Shown here one piece after another: positions 9,403 through 18,003 of a stretch of DNA of 64,000 nt. Origin of the DNA: Planctomycetota bacterium (GTDB lineage Bacteria; Planctomycetota; SZUA-567; H5-PLA8). Where the stretch lies: the NCBI GenBank assembly GCA_038227875.1, contig JBBRPR010000036.1, positions 21,827 through 85,826 on the forward strand, read 5' to 3'. The notes beneath the pieces are model-generated. The model saw only the letters and a program-made list of their open reading frames with translations, ran no database searches and was not told the origin of the DNA. The first letter of the stretch is position 1. Every line of letters starts with the position of its first letter. The translations under genes and the position numbers were made by a program.

Positions 9403-12171
9403 TCACAACATTCCTGAATCGAAGTTCGCGGCATGTCCGCCCGGCACCGGTTGTCCGGCGCGTAGCGTGCGCCAGATCTTGCGGACGGCGGAAGGTTCGT
9501 ACGGTCGATAGATAAATTCCGCGCGGACGCTCTGCGCGCCGGCATTTTGCAATTCTTTGAGCCGGGGACTCAGGCAGAAGGGTCCTTTGTTGAGGACGAT
9601 CGTGCGGCAGTGGTAATCCAGCGCGGTGACTTTTTCGCCGTGGCTGGAGATCATGTCCATGCTCTCGAAACTGCAATTCGCCTTGCCGGGGCAGCCGCCG
9701 ATCAGGTTCGCGTAGGCGCAGGATTCCGCAAGAAAGAGCGGCGTGTCCTGGTAGACGATTACCGTCGCGCGGGCGCCAAACTCGCGCAGCAGCGGCGCGA
9801 AATTCTGGAGGCCGTCTTCCGGCGAGAGCGTGAAGCGCCGCGCGCCCATCGCCAGCGTCTGCAGTGCGGCTGCGCGGTTGACGACGTAGACCGACCAATC
9901 CGTGGCGAGATCGATGGCGGCATCGGGTTGCAGCGGGTCGAGTCCCAGGAACGACCACGCCGACGCGTTTCCGGCCTCCCACTTCGTCCAACCGGCGGCG
10001 CGGAGCTGCGCGATCTTCTGCAGCAATCCCTTTTCTTCCCACTTGCGCGTCAGCGCAGGCAGCGCGAGCCGGATGTGTTCGCGGCCGACGGTGGTCGCCA
10101 GCGCGTTCAATTTCTCCAGCAGCAGTGTCGGATGATCGCGCGCGATGTCGACGGTGATTTCGTCGATTTCGCGCCAGTCTTCAGCGTCGAACGCCTCCAG
10201 AAACGCTGCGCGGTCGACTTTGATCGACCACTTCAGAGACTGCGCGGTGAGATTGGTGGTATTTAACCCCTGCGCCTTATCCTTGCGGAGCACATCGGAG
10301 CAGACATCCGCATGCCGCCGCGCGGAGGCCGCGTTCAATTCCCGATCGAGCGCCTCGGTGATTTCGCGGCGCAGCGGGTTCAGCCGCGAGGCAGGCACGA
10401 ACAGCGCGGCCGGATTGGCGAGCTCAAACTTTTCCAACGTGAAGCGCGTGTCGCCGAGCTTCTCGAACGCGCCCCGCACTGCGCCATCCATCTTCGCCGC
10501 GTCTTTCGCCGGAGTGAATGGACCGGGCAGCGCGCGCTGGAGTTCGATGAGTTTGTCGCTCGCGCGTTTCGGCTCGATCCGCGCCGTGACGAGCAGTTGA
10601 TTGGCGTCCAGCCGCGCGGAAATCGCGACACCGCGCCGCGCGCGGTGTTCACCGGGCTTAGGAGTTGAATGACGATAGCGGCGCTTCACCGATTGCGAGG
10701 ACGAACAGTAAATCCGCGCACCGACGGGAATCGGCGGGTGCTCTTCCGGGAGATCGACTTCGACAGTGGCGTTGGCCGGAGCTTCGAAAATCGTGCCGCC
10801 CGACTTGCCGCGTCCTGCAACGATGCGCAGCGTCTCCACCGCGAAACCGAAGGGCTTGCCCAGGCCGGGCACGTCGATCTGCAACCCGTCGTGGCGTTCA
10901 ATGCCGAGCTTGGTCGTGAAGCGCAAGCGCGGCGCAGATGAGCCGGCATTGACGATCTCGTCGACGCTGCCGATCGGGTTGCCGCGGTGGCCGACGGTGT
11001 CGCGGTCGGCGACTTCCTTGTCTTTGTGCGACTGCACGAACAACCGCGTCCACGGCCGGCTGAAAACGGTCTTCATGTCCGCTTCGTGCGACTGCCGTTC
11101 TTCCGGCGGCAGCGTGCCATCGAGCAGCTTGCGGTAGTAATCGGTGGTCGTCGCTACATAAAGGGGGCTTTTCTTGCGGCCTTCAATCTTCACGCACGAA
11201 ACGCCGGCGGCCTGGAGCGCGGGCAGATGGTCCGGCAGCGCCAGGTCCTTCATCGAAAACGCGAAGCCGACGTTAGGATCGCGCCGCGTCGACGAGCCGT
11301 CGCGCAGCGTGTCCGGCGCGCCGCTGACCTTGAATTCATCGCGGCAGGAGTACGCGCATTTGCCGCGGTTGCCGCTGCGGCCCAAAGTCTGCGACGAAAA
11401 CAGGCACAGCCCGCTGTACGAATAGCAGAGCGCGCCGTGGACGAAGACTTCCGTTTCGACGCCGGACGTCGCGGTGATGTCGGCAACCTCCTCGAGCGTC
11501 AGTTCGCGCGCCAGGACCACGCGGGTGAAGCCCATGCGCCGCAGCGTCTCCGCGCCCGCGCGGTTGTGCACGGCCAACTGCGTGCTGGCGTGCAGTTCGA
11601 GCTCCGGAAAATGCTTGCGGACGATGTTGTAAACGCCCAGGTCCTGAATGATCAGCGCGTCGACGCCGATGTCTGACATCGCGCCGAGCGCGTCGACCAG
11701 TTCTTCGAGTTCGTGCTGCAGCACCAGCGTGTTGACGGTCACGAACACACGGCGGCGGCGTTCGAGTGAGTGCGCGAAGCTGGTGATTGCATCAAGATCG
11801 TCGAATGTGAAATTCTCTGCTTCGGCGCGAGCCGAGAATTTTTTCAGGCCGAGGTAAATCGCGTCCGCGCCGTAGTAATACGCCGCGTATCCGGCATCGA
11901 GTCCGCCGGCCGGCGCGAGCAGCTCCACCGCGTGTTCGGCGCGCTTACCATCCAGCGGCACGACCAGCGGCGCTTCCGGCGCGAGCGGGTTGTACTCGCC
12001 TTGCGGACCTTCGGGTTCCGGCGGCGCGTCGGCGGGCACAAAGCCGGGCGCGGGCAGCACGGAGGCGAGCGTCAAGCCTTCCCAGGCCTTCGGCTTTTTC
12101 AGTCCGGTGGTGGAGCAACCGCAGTCTGCGGCGGATGTCTCTTTGGATGTACTGGATTCTGGAGCGGACAT
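9403..12171 (-). CDS. U32 'peptidase' family protein, long RlhA-like form (probable Fe-S RNA hydroxylase)
   Basis: ELLAPAG, GADAIYLG, HASTQ, RVVLAREL, EVFVHGALCYSYSGLC...NRGKCAYSCR, KIEGRKKS, plus a long DUF3656-like C-terminal region. ATG at 12171 preferred because the 12243 start overlaps the upstream gene. Confidence 0.85.
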   Translation of the reverse strand: MSAPESSTSKETSAADCGCSTTGLKKPKAWEGLTLASVLPAPGFVPADAPPEPEGPQGEYNPLAPEAPLVVPLDGKRAEHAVELLAPAGGLDAGYAAYYYGADAIYLGLKKFSARAEAENFTFDDLDAITSFAHSLERRRRVFVTVNTLVLQHELEELVDALGAMSDIGVDALIIQDLGVYNIVRKHFPELELHASTQLAVHNRAGAETLRRMGFTRVVLARELTLEEVADITATSGVETEVFVHGALCYSYSGLCLFSSQTLGRSGNRGKCAYSCRDEFKVSGAPDTLRDGSSTRRDPNVGFAFSMKDLALPDHLPALQAAGVSCVKIEGRKKSPLYVATTTDYYRKLLDGTLPPEERQSHEADMKTVFSRPWTRLFVQSHKDKEVADRDTVGHRGNPIGSVDEIVNAGSSAPRLRFTTKLGIERHDGLQIDVPGLGKPFGFAVETLRIVAGRGKSGGTIFEAPANATVEVDLPEEHPPIPVGARIYCSSSQSVKRRYRHSTPKPGEHRARRGVAISARLDANQLLVTARIEPKRASDKLIELQRALPGPFTPAKDAAKMDGAVRGAFEKLGDTRFTLEKFELANPAALFVPASRLNPLRREITEALDRELNAASARRHADVCSDVLRKDKAQGLNTTNLTAQSLKWSIKVDRAAFLEAFDAEDWREIDEITVDIARDHPTLLLEKLNALATTVGREHIRLALPALTRKWEEKGLLQKIAQLRAAGWTKWEAGNASAWSFLGLDPLQPDAAIDLATDWSVYVVNRAAALQTLAMGARRFTLSPEDGLQNFAPLLREFGARATVIVYQDTPLFLAESCAYANLIGGCPGKANCSFESMDMISSHGEKVTALDYHCRTIVLNKGPFCLSPRLKELQNAGAQSVRAEFIYRPYEPSAVRKIWRTLRAGQPVPGGHAANFDSGML

Positions 12172-12226
12172 GGCTTCTCGAACTTTCGCAGCTGGACTTA
12201 AAAAGGCGAAGTATAGCCGAACGCCC

Positions 12227-15115
12227 CTACTTATACAGACCAAACAGCGCTTTTACTTCCGCTTCGCTCAGCGCGCGGTTGTAGATGCGGACCTCGTCGA
12301 GCGCGCATTTATGTTTCTCTTTGCTGGTGGGATCGTCGGCCAACCGCAGCGCCGTCGGCGTTGAGGCGATGGTCGCGTTGTTGGTGGCAATATCTCCCTC
12401 TTTCGATCCGTCGACGTAGATCGCAATTCGGCCTTTGGGCCCGTCGAACACGCCCACGACGTGGTGCCAGGTGCCATCGACCGGAAACACCCGCTGCGTC
12501 AGTACCTCGCTGAATTTCTCGCCGGATAGCGACGTTTGGAATTTCATCTTCTGCTGTCCGTCGTCGCCGTCGTTCATCAGGAGGCCATAGCAGATCCACG
12601 GAGATTCGAATTTACTCCAGCCCTTGCTGACCACGCGACCCCAATTGCGCGTCTTGCCCAGGTTTTTGAACCAGATTGAGACCGTCAGCGCCTCGGTGAT
12701 GCGCAGGCCCGGCTTGTCCGCGAATTCCACAAAATCGTCCGCGCCGTTGAACGAAAGCCCAGTGCCGACGTGAGCCGGCCCCCATTCCGCACCCATGATT
12801 TTTCCGGTGTTGAGATTTCCCGACGCGTCGGCCGTGATCGTGCCCTTGCCTTCGTCGAGCTTCCAATATCCGGCCAATCCCTTGGCGAGCGGAATTTCGA
12901 TCGACCGGGTCTGCAGCATCTTGATTTCGTCGGTCTTTTTCGCCGCGAAGGCCGTTGAGCCGAATTTTTCCTTGAAGGCATCCAGCGCCGGTTTGATCTG
13001 GTCGTATCGTCCCGCTTCGAATGCCTGCGTGATCACGATCCATTCGTGCGACGCGGTCAGTTCCAGCCGCGTCACCGCCGCTTCGGCTTTCTCGATGTCC
13101 TGCGCCTTGGCCAGCAGCACGTCCAACTCGCGCTTCAGCGACGCCAACTCCGGCGGCGCGCCCGCTGCTTTCGCCTTGTCCAGCAGCGCACGAGCTCCGG
13201 CGAGTTGATACGCTGCCGCCTTACCATCGAGCTTTTTGACCGCGATAAACGCGCGCAGCAACGCACCCTTGCCGTCCGTGTCGAGGCCCAAAAGCGTGAG
13301 CTGATCGCGGGACTCTGTCTCGAGCGCTTCGAGCGCCACCGGCACCCGCGCCGCATCGCTGGCCACCTGGAACACGCCGTCCTTGAACTCATCGATGTGA
13401 AACTTGCCCTTTTTGCCGACGTTCATCGCCGAGGCTTTTTCGGGCTTCAATTCAAAGCTGTCGACGTCTTTGAGCTTCTCAACGCCCTTCGGCAGCGCTG
13501 CCTCGAGATCCGTCAGCCACGCCAACGCCTTCCCGTCCTGCGCGAGTTCCGATTCTTTGCCCGGAAACGACGCGGCATTCAGCAGCGCTTCGGCCGACGC
13601 GCGGTCGTAACGGCGCAGCACGGCGTAGTATTCGTAAAGAAAATCCTCGTAGCCGGCGATTTTGCCCGGCTGAACCACCGCTTTTGGCGTGTCGGTGCGT
13701 ACGCTCGTGCCTGTGCCGGCAGGGACGGGAGTGGCCGCCGCACCCGGGACGCCCAGCCAGATGTCGTCGACGTAGGCCACGATTTCGCCGTTACCCCAGG
13801 TGTTAAACCGGATCTCGTCGAAGACCGCGCCGGGTTTGATCTTTTCGCCTGTGTCGACTTGCGCGCATTCGCTGATCGGCACGTCGACGCTCGTCCAGGT
13901 GTTCTTCACCACCGCGTCGAGCGGGTGTTCGTAGGCCCTGGGCTCCCCGGCGACTGCGATCACGAAGCGGAAATCCTTGGCGTTGCCGATGTAATAGCGG
14001 AACCTCACATGCATGGCTTCTGGAATCGGAAAATCGAACTTTCGCTGCTCGCCGCTGCGCTTGGCCCACTTTACCAGCGCGGCCTTGGCCCAATCGGTTT
14101 TGCCGCGCAGCGCCAGGACTTTGCCCGTTCCGGGCGCCGGCGCATCGACGACTTCGCCAAACGCCAGGCCTTCCACCGCCGCTTCAAAGTTCTCGCTGAA
14201 CAACGCCGCTTCCGTTCCGCCTGGCTTTGCCACGGGTGTCGGTGCAGGCGGAGTCGGGGGAGGGGGCGGGGGAACGGTTTGCGCCGCCTCCGTCGGCGGT
14301 GGTGGTGGCGGCGGCGCGGGTTGGCTTGGCGTAGCTTCGGCGGGCGTCGCGGCCTTCAACTCATCGCGCACGCGCCGCGCGCGAGCCGCTGCGATGGAGT
14401 CGCCGTACTTCGCGATGAAGTCATCGAGCCGCTTCACGCGTCCGTCCACGTCGCCGGCCGCCAGGCCGTCAAACGTCCGCACTTTTTCGAAGGCATCGGA
14501 TGCGATGGTTTCGGGGTCGTTCTTCGACAGCGGCGCCAGCATCGGTGAAGGCGTCTGCGACGGTTGTTCGTACACCGGGTTTTGCGGCCGGGTGTTGGTC
14601 GAGGCGGTCGAGCTTGTCGTCGAGGATTGCGTGCGCGTGCCGGTATCCGAATAGGTCTCGTGGCTGGAGACGGACTTCTCTTTCGTGCCGCCGCCGCCAC
14701 CCCCGCCGCTCATGGCAACCAGGCCGATCAGCAGCGCGCACGCGCCGACGCCTGCCGCGATGGGCAGGGCCATGTTCGCGGGTTTCTTTTGCTGCGGATG
14801 CGCGCCGCTCGGCGGATGAGCCCCGTGGCTCCCGTGCGTTCCGTGCATGACCACGCGCTTGGAATCGTGCGACGACGTTCCGGCGCTGGTATGCCCGGTG
14901 CCCATCGAGGGCGAATTACGCTTGGGAACTTCGACGGCCGGAATCAGCCGCGAGCCGACTTTCTTCGAAGCGCTGCCGACATTCCCGACGTTGGGCAATG
15001 GCGGCGGCGCGCATTTGGGGCAGAACACTTTTTCATCAATGCGTACGGCGCGTCCGCCGGCCAGATCCTGCTCCGAAACGCGAAACCCGCAGCGGTCGCA
15101 ATACACCAGTTCCAT
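12227..15115 (-). CDS. Membrane protein: N-terminal CxxC..CxxC Zn finger, one TM helix, Pro-rich linker, CBM-like jelly roll, helical region, C-terminal LamG-like domain
   Basis: YCDRCG...FCPKC; TM IAAGVGACALLIGLVAM; 'LFSENFE...WTSVDVPI...YVDDIWL'; LamG 'YWKLDEG...DASGN...WHHVVGVFD...LDEVRIYNRALS'. Confidence 0.8.
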   Translation of the reverse strand: MELVYCDRCGFRVSEQDLAGGRAVRIDEKVFCPKCAPPPLPNVGNVGSASKKVGSRLIPAVEVPKRNSPSMGTGHTSAGTSSHDSKRVVMHGTHGSHGAHPPSGAHPQQKKPANMALPIAAGVGACALLIGLVAMSGGGGGGGTKEKSVSSHETYSDTGTRTQSSTTSSTASTNTRPQNPVYEQPSQTPSPMLAPLSKNDPETIASDAFEKVRTFDGLAAGDVDGRVKRLDDFIAKYGDSIAAARARRVRDELKAATPAEATPSQPAPPPPPPPTEAAQTVPPPPPPTPPAPTPVAKPGGTEAALFSENFEAAVEGLAFGEVVDAPAPGTGKVLALRGKTDWAKAALVKWAKRSGEQRKFDFPIPEAMHVRFRYYIGNAKDFRFVIAVAGEPRAYEHPLDAVVKNTWTSVDVPISECAQVDTGEKIKPGAVFDEIRFNTWGNGEIVAYVDDIWLGVPGAAATPVPAGTGTSVRTDTPKAVVQPGKIAGYEDFLYEYYAVLRRYDRASAEALLNAASFPGKESELAQDGKALAWLTDLEAALPKGVEKLKDVDSFELKPEKASAMNVGKKGKFHIDEFKDGVFQVASDAARVPVALEALETESRDQLTLLGLDTDGKGALLRAFIAVKKLDGKAAAYQLAGARALLDKAKAAGAPPELASLKRELDVLLAKAQDIEKAEAAVTRLELTASHEWIVITQAFEAGRYDQIKPALDAFKEKFGSTAFAAKKTDEIKMLQTRSIEIPLAKGLAGYWKLDEGKGTITADASGNLNTGKIMGAEWGPAHVGTGLSFNGADDFVEFADKPGLRITEALTVSIWFKNLGKTRNWGRVVSKGWSKFESPWICYGLLMNDGDDGQQKMKFQTSLSGEKFSEVLTQRVFPVDGTWHHVVGVFDGPKGRIAIYVDGSKEGDIATNNATIASTPTALRLADDPTSKEKHKCALDEVRIYNRALSEAEVKALFGLYK

Positions 15116-15259
15116 GCACTGATCCCATGACCTTGATCCCCAAAATCCTATGTGTTTACCGTGGTGAAGTAAATGAGGATAAGTGTGGACGTGAGCAGAC
15201 CGGACGGTCCGCCTGTTCAGAGTGAGGCGGGCGCTTTACGGCCGTTCGTGGAGAAAAAA

Positions 15260-15484
15260 TTAGTATTGCGTATCGACGACGCGATCGGGCCCGGAGGCAA
15301 TCAGCGAACCCTGGCTTAGCGCCTTGCGGGCTTCTTCCAGTGCGGCGTCGAGCTGATCGGTTTTCGACGCATCATCGAGGTAAATCTGGACGACGTCGGC
15401 AAGATCGCGCAGCCGGGCGCGCAGGATCTCAATTTCGCCCTCGAGTTTAGCTATGTGAGCGGGGGAGTTATCGGGAGTTGGCAT
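15260..15484 (-). CDS. Small hypothetical coiled-coil protein
   Basis: 74-aa ORF filling the intergenic gap; heptad-like helical pattern; GAGG upstream of the ATG. Confidence 0.55.
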   Translation of the reverse strand: MPTPDNSPAHIAKLEGEIEILRARLRDLADVVQIYLDDASKTDQLDAALEEARKALSQGSLIASGPDRVVDTQY

Positions 15485-15573
15485 ATATAGGCCCTCGTGG
15501 CGCGGGATGACAGGTGGTCATCACATAATTAAACGCAACAGACGGGCCAAGAATAGTAGCGCTAAGCCGAGTC

Positions 15574-17916
15574 TCACTTCCCCTTCTGCCGCTGCACCGC
15601 CTCGATCACATGCGAGGGCAGCACCACCGTTCCGCCGGCCATTTCGCAGGTGACGCCGTCGGGGGTGATCGCCAGCAGCACGATTTCGAAGCGGCTGCCT
15701 TCGCGCAATGTCAGAATCCAGTCGCGGTACTTGGGGTTGGCTTTCGTAGCGGCGGGGTCCTTGGGCAGCACGAAACTTTTGATCATGGGCAGACCAATCG
15801 GCAGATCGCCGTCTTCGTCGCGGATCGTGACGACGCCCTGTTCGGGATCGACTTCGACGACTTCCGCGTTGTCCATGTGCGAGATCGCCGGGGCGGGGGT
15901 GTTCTCTTTTTTCTTCGGGTCTTTTTCCTTCTCTTTGTCTTTGGGCGGATCTTTGGGCTGTGGCGCGGCGGGGTCTTTCTTCTCGGGCTCGCCGGTCGCT
16001 TCTTCGCGCGTTCGCAGGTCGACGTTGGCGGCTTCGTCGTCTTTGACGGTCGTGGGCGCAGGCAGTTCGCCGGGTTCAACTTTTGCCGGCGAGAATTCGA
16101 CTTTGCGGATGACCGTGCGCGGCAGCGCCAGTTCCACGCCGCCGGGCAGCATGAAGACCACGCCCTTTTCGTCCATCTTCATCAGGCGCGCGCGGAAGCA
16201 TTCGCCGTTCTGCAGCAGGACGCTGTGCGGCGTGCCCATGAATTTGCGCTTCTTGTCGGTGTTCTCGAATTCCAGCGGTGGTTCGTAGCGTTCGATGGAA
16301 TTGGCTGCGATCTGCAACGCGGGATGCCTGGCGTCGAGGAATTCCGGCGCGATCCAGAGGAACTCTTCCGCCTTCGGCGCGTCCTTGGGGGCCGCGAGCA
16401 TCTTTCCCGCGATGCGTTCGCCGCTGGTCAGCCAGAGGCACGCGCGTTCGGCGGCGCGGTCGACGGAGACGACGTGATCGAAGACCAGGTCGTCGAAAAT
16501 GATGCTGCGCGGCTTGGTATTGGCGTCTCCGACGCGGAAAAAGCGTGCGCGGACGATCGGCACTTTCGAACGGATGCCCAGGAATTCATCCTGGCGCATG
16601 CCCCCGGGGAGCAGGTTGCTGTCGTTCTGATTCAAGACCTGCGCCAGCACCCGGCCGCTGCGGTCGTAGACGGCCAGGCCGATCGTGCCGACGTTCTCGG
16701 CCTTGATGATCGCACCCACAGAGCTCACACCGCCGGCGCGGAAGTCGCCGGTCTTCGGTTCGAAGCTGCCGGGCAGCAGGAAGTTCACGTCCAGATCCGA
16801 ATCGTGTGCGATGGCCGAGAGTCCCTGGCTGGCGCCGAGCAGCGGGACGTCGCTGACTTCAACGGTGGCCTTGGGTTCGGAGGCCTTCAGCAGCACGCCC
16901 CACGGCGTGTAGGCCTGTTCGAGACTGTCGCCGGCCTTGGCGTCTTTCATCGCGCCGCGTTTTTCAGACTTGGTGTCCGGCACTCGTTGCATCGTCAGCG
17001 TGCGCAAGCCCAGCAGCGCTTCGCCGATGGTCTGCGGATTTTGCTGCGCCTGCGGCCCGAGGTTCTCGGCGTCGTTGAGCGGCGTCCAGCGTTCGGCGGC
17101 CTTGCCCACCGGCTGCGCCGCGGTCTGGTTGATTGCGGCGCTCGCCTGTGTGGCCGGCACCAGCGTGGGGACGTTAATCTCGGCCACTTTCAGAAATTCG
17201 ATCGCTTCCAGCGCCTGCAGCGGCACAGTCATTCTGGCCCAGCGCGTGCGCACGGACAATTCCGGCGTGTTCAGGATTCCGGATAGGCCCGTGCCGTCGG
17301 CTTGCGTAAGGCGATCGCCGGCGTCGGCGGCGTTCTGCAGATTCATTTCAGTGATCAGCGCGCGCGCCCGGTTGGCTTCTTCGGCATCGGACGATGCCGT
17401 GGCGCGGCGCAGCGGCCCGAGCGCCGCGCGCCCGAGGCTGCGCAGCGTGGCCAGCGCCTTCTCGCGCACCGCAAACTGATCGCTCTGCAAATCGCCCAGC
17501 GCCAGCCGCGCGTCGTTTTCAGCGTTGGGATCGACGCGTTCGCCGAAGGTGATGCGCGCAGTCTTGACCAGATCGACCGGCCGGATCGCGCCGGTATCGT
17601 GGCGAAAGAGCAGCGGATGAGAAACGTCGAGCATCCCCAGCAACCGCGAGCCGCCGGAAGTAATCAGCGCGACAGGAACTTCCTGGGCGTCGTCGGCGGC
17701 GAATGCCAGTGTTGGGAGCATGCAAAGCAATATGGCGATAAGGCGCGTAGCGCGGCTGAGCCGCGAGGGGCCAGGGGTCAGGGGCCAGGGGTCAGAGATT
17801 GGCAAACGCTTCCTGAGAGCGAAGGTGCGAACCGATGATGAACGGAAATTGACTGCCGGAATAGCGCTATCCATTTCTGCGCTCGGCTTGCTCATAATTT
17901 CTCGCAGACATTGCAT
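15574..17916 (-). CDS. Hypothetical exported protein with a HEAT-like motif and repeated small beta modules
   Basis: Signal-like segment RLIAILLCMLPTLAFA-AD; HEAT-like 'DLQSDQFAVREKALATLRSLGRAALGPLRRA'; several 'LxxGxRxxG'-like modules. Start codon uncertain. Confidence 0.7.
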   Translation of the reverse strand: MQCLREIMSKPSAEMDSAIPAVNFRSSSVRTFALRKRLPISDPWPLTPGPSRLSRATRLIAILLCMLPTLAFAADDAQEVPVALITSGGSRLLGMLDVSHPLLFRHDTGAIRPVDLVKTARITFGERVDPNAENDARLALGDLQSDQFAVREKALATLRSLGRAALGPLRRATASSDAEEANRARALITEMNLQNAADAGDRLTQADGTGLSGILNTPELSVRTRWARMTVPLQALEAIEFLKVAEINVPTLVPATQASAAINQTAAQPVGKAAERWTPLNDAENLGPQAQQNPQTIGEALLGLRTLTMQRVPDTKSEKRGAMKDAKAGDSLEQAYTPWGVLLKASEPKATVEVSDVPLLGASQGLSAIAHDSDLDVNFLLPGSFEPKTGDFRAGGVSSVGAIIKAENVGTIGLAVYDRSGRVLAQVLNQNDSNLLPGGMRQDEFLGIRSKVPIVRARFFRVGDANTKPRSIIFDDLVFDHVVSVDRAAERACLWLTSGERIAGKMLAAPKDAPKAEEFLWIAPEFLDARHPALQIAANSIERYEPPLEFENTDKKRKFMGTPHSVLLQNGECFRARLMKMDEKGVVFMLPGGVELALPRTVIRKVEFSPAKVEPGELPAPTTVKDDEAANVDLRTREEATGEPEKKDPAAPQPKDPPKDKEKEKDPKKKENTPAPAISHMDNAEVVEVDPEQGVVTIRDEDGDLPIGLPMIKSFVLPKDPAATKANPKYRDWILTLREGSRFEIVLLAITPDGVTCEMAGGTVVLPSHVIEAVQRQKGK
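17766..17795. repeat. Heptamer tandem repeat (AGGGG[C/T]C)x4
   Basis: aggggcc aggggtc aggggcc aggggtc ag; a related ctgacccct repeat lies at 48124-48152. Confidence 0.7.
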
Positions 17917-18003
17917 ACCTTACCTCTACTCGAACGCGAAACCCGTTAGGGGCCACCCCTTGCCATCTCTGCCCGTGACCCTGACCCTGCGCGCGTAAGC
18001 GCC

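Noticed and set aside
12323..12330. E. coli Chi octamer GCTGGTGG (also at 43564)
   Set aside because: Chi is lineage-specific and a few hits are expected by chance in GC-rich DNA.
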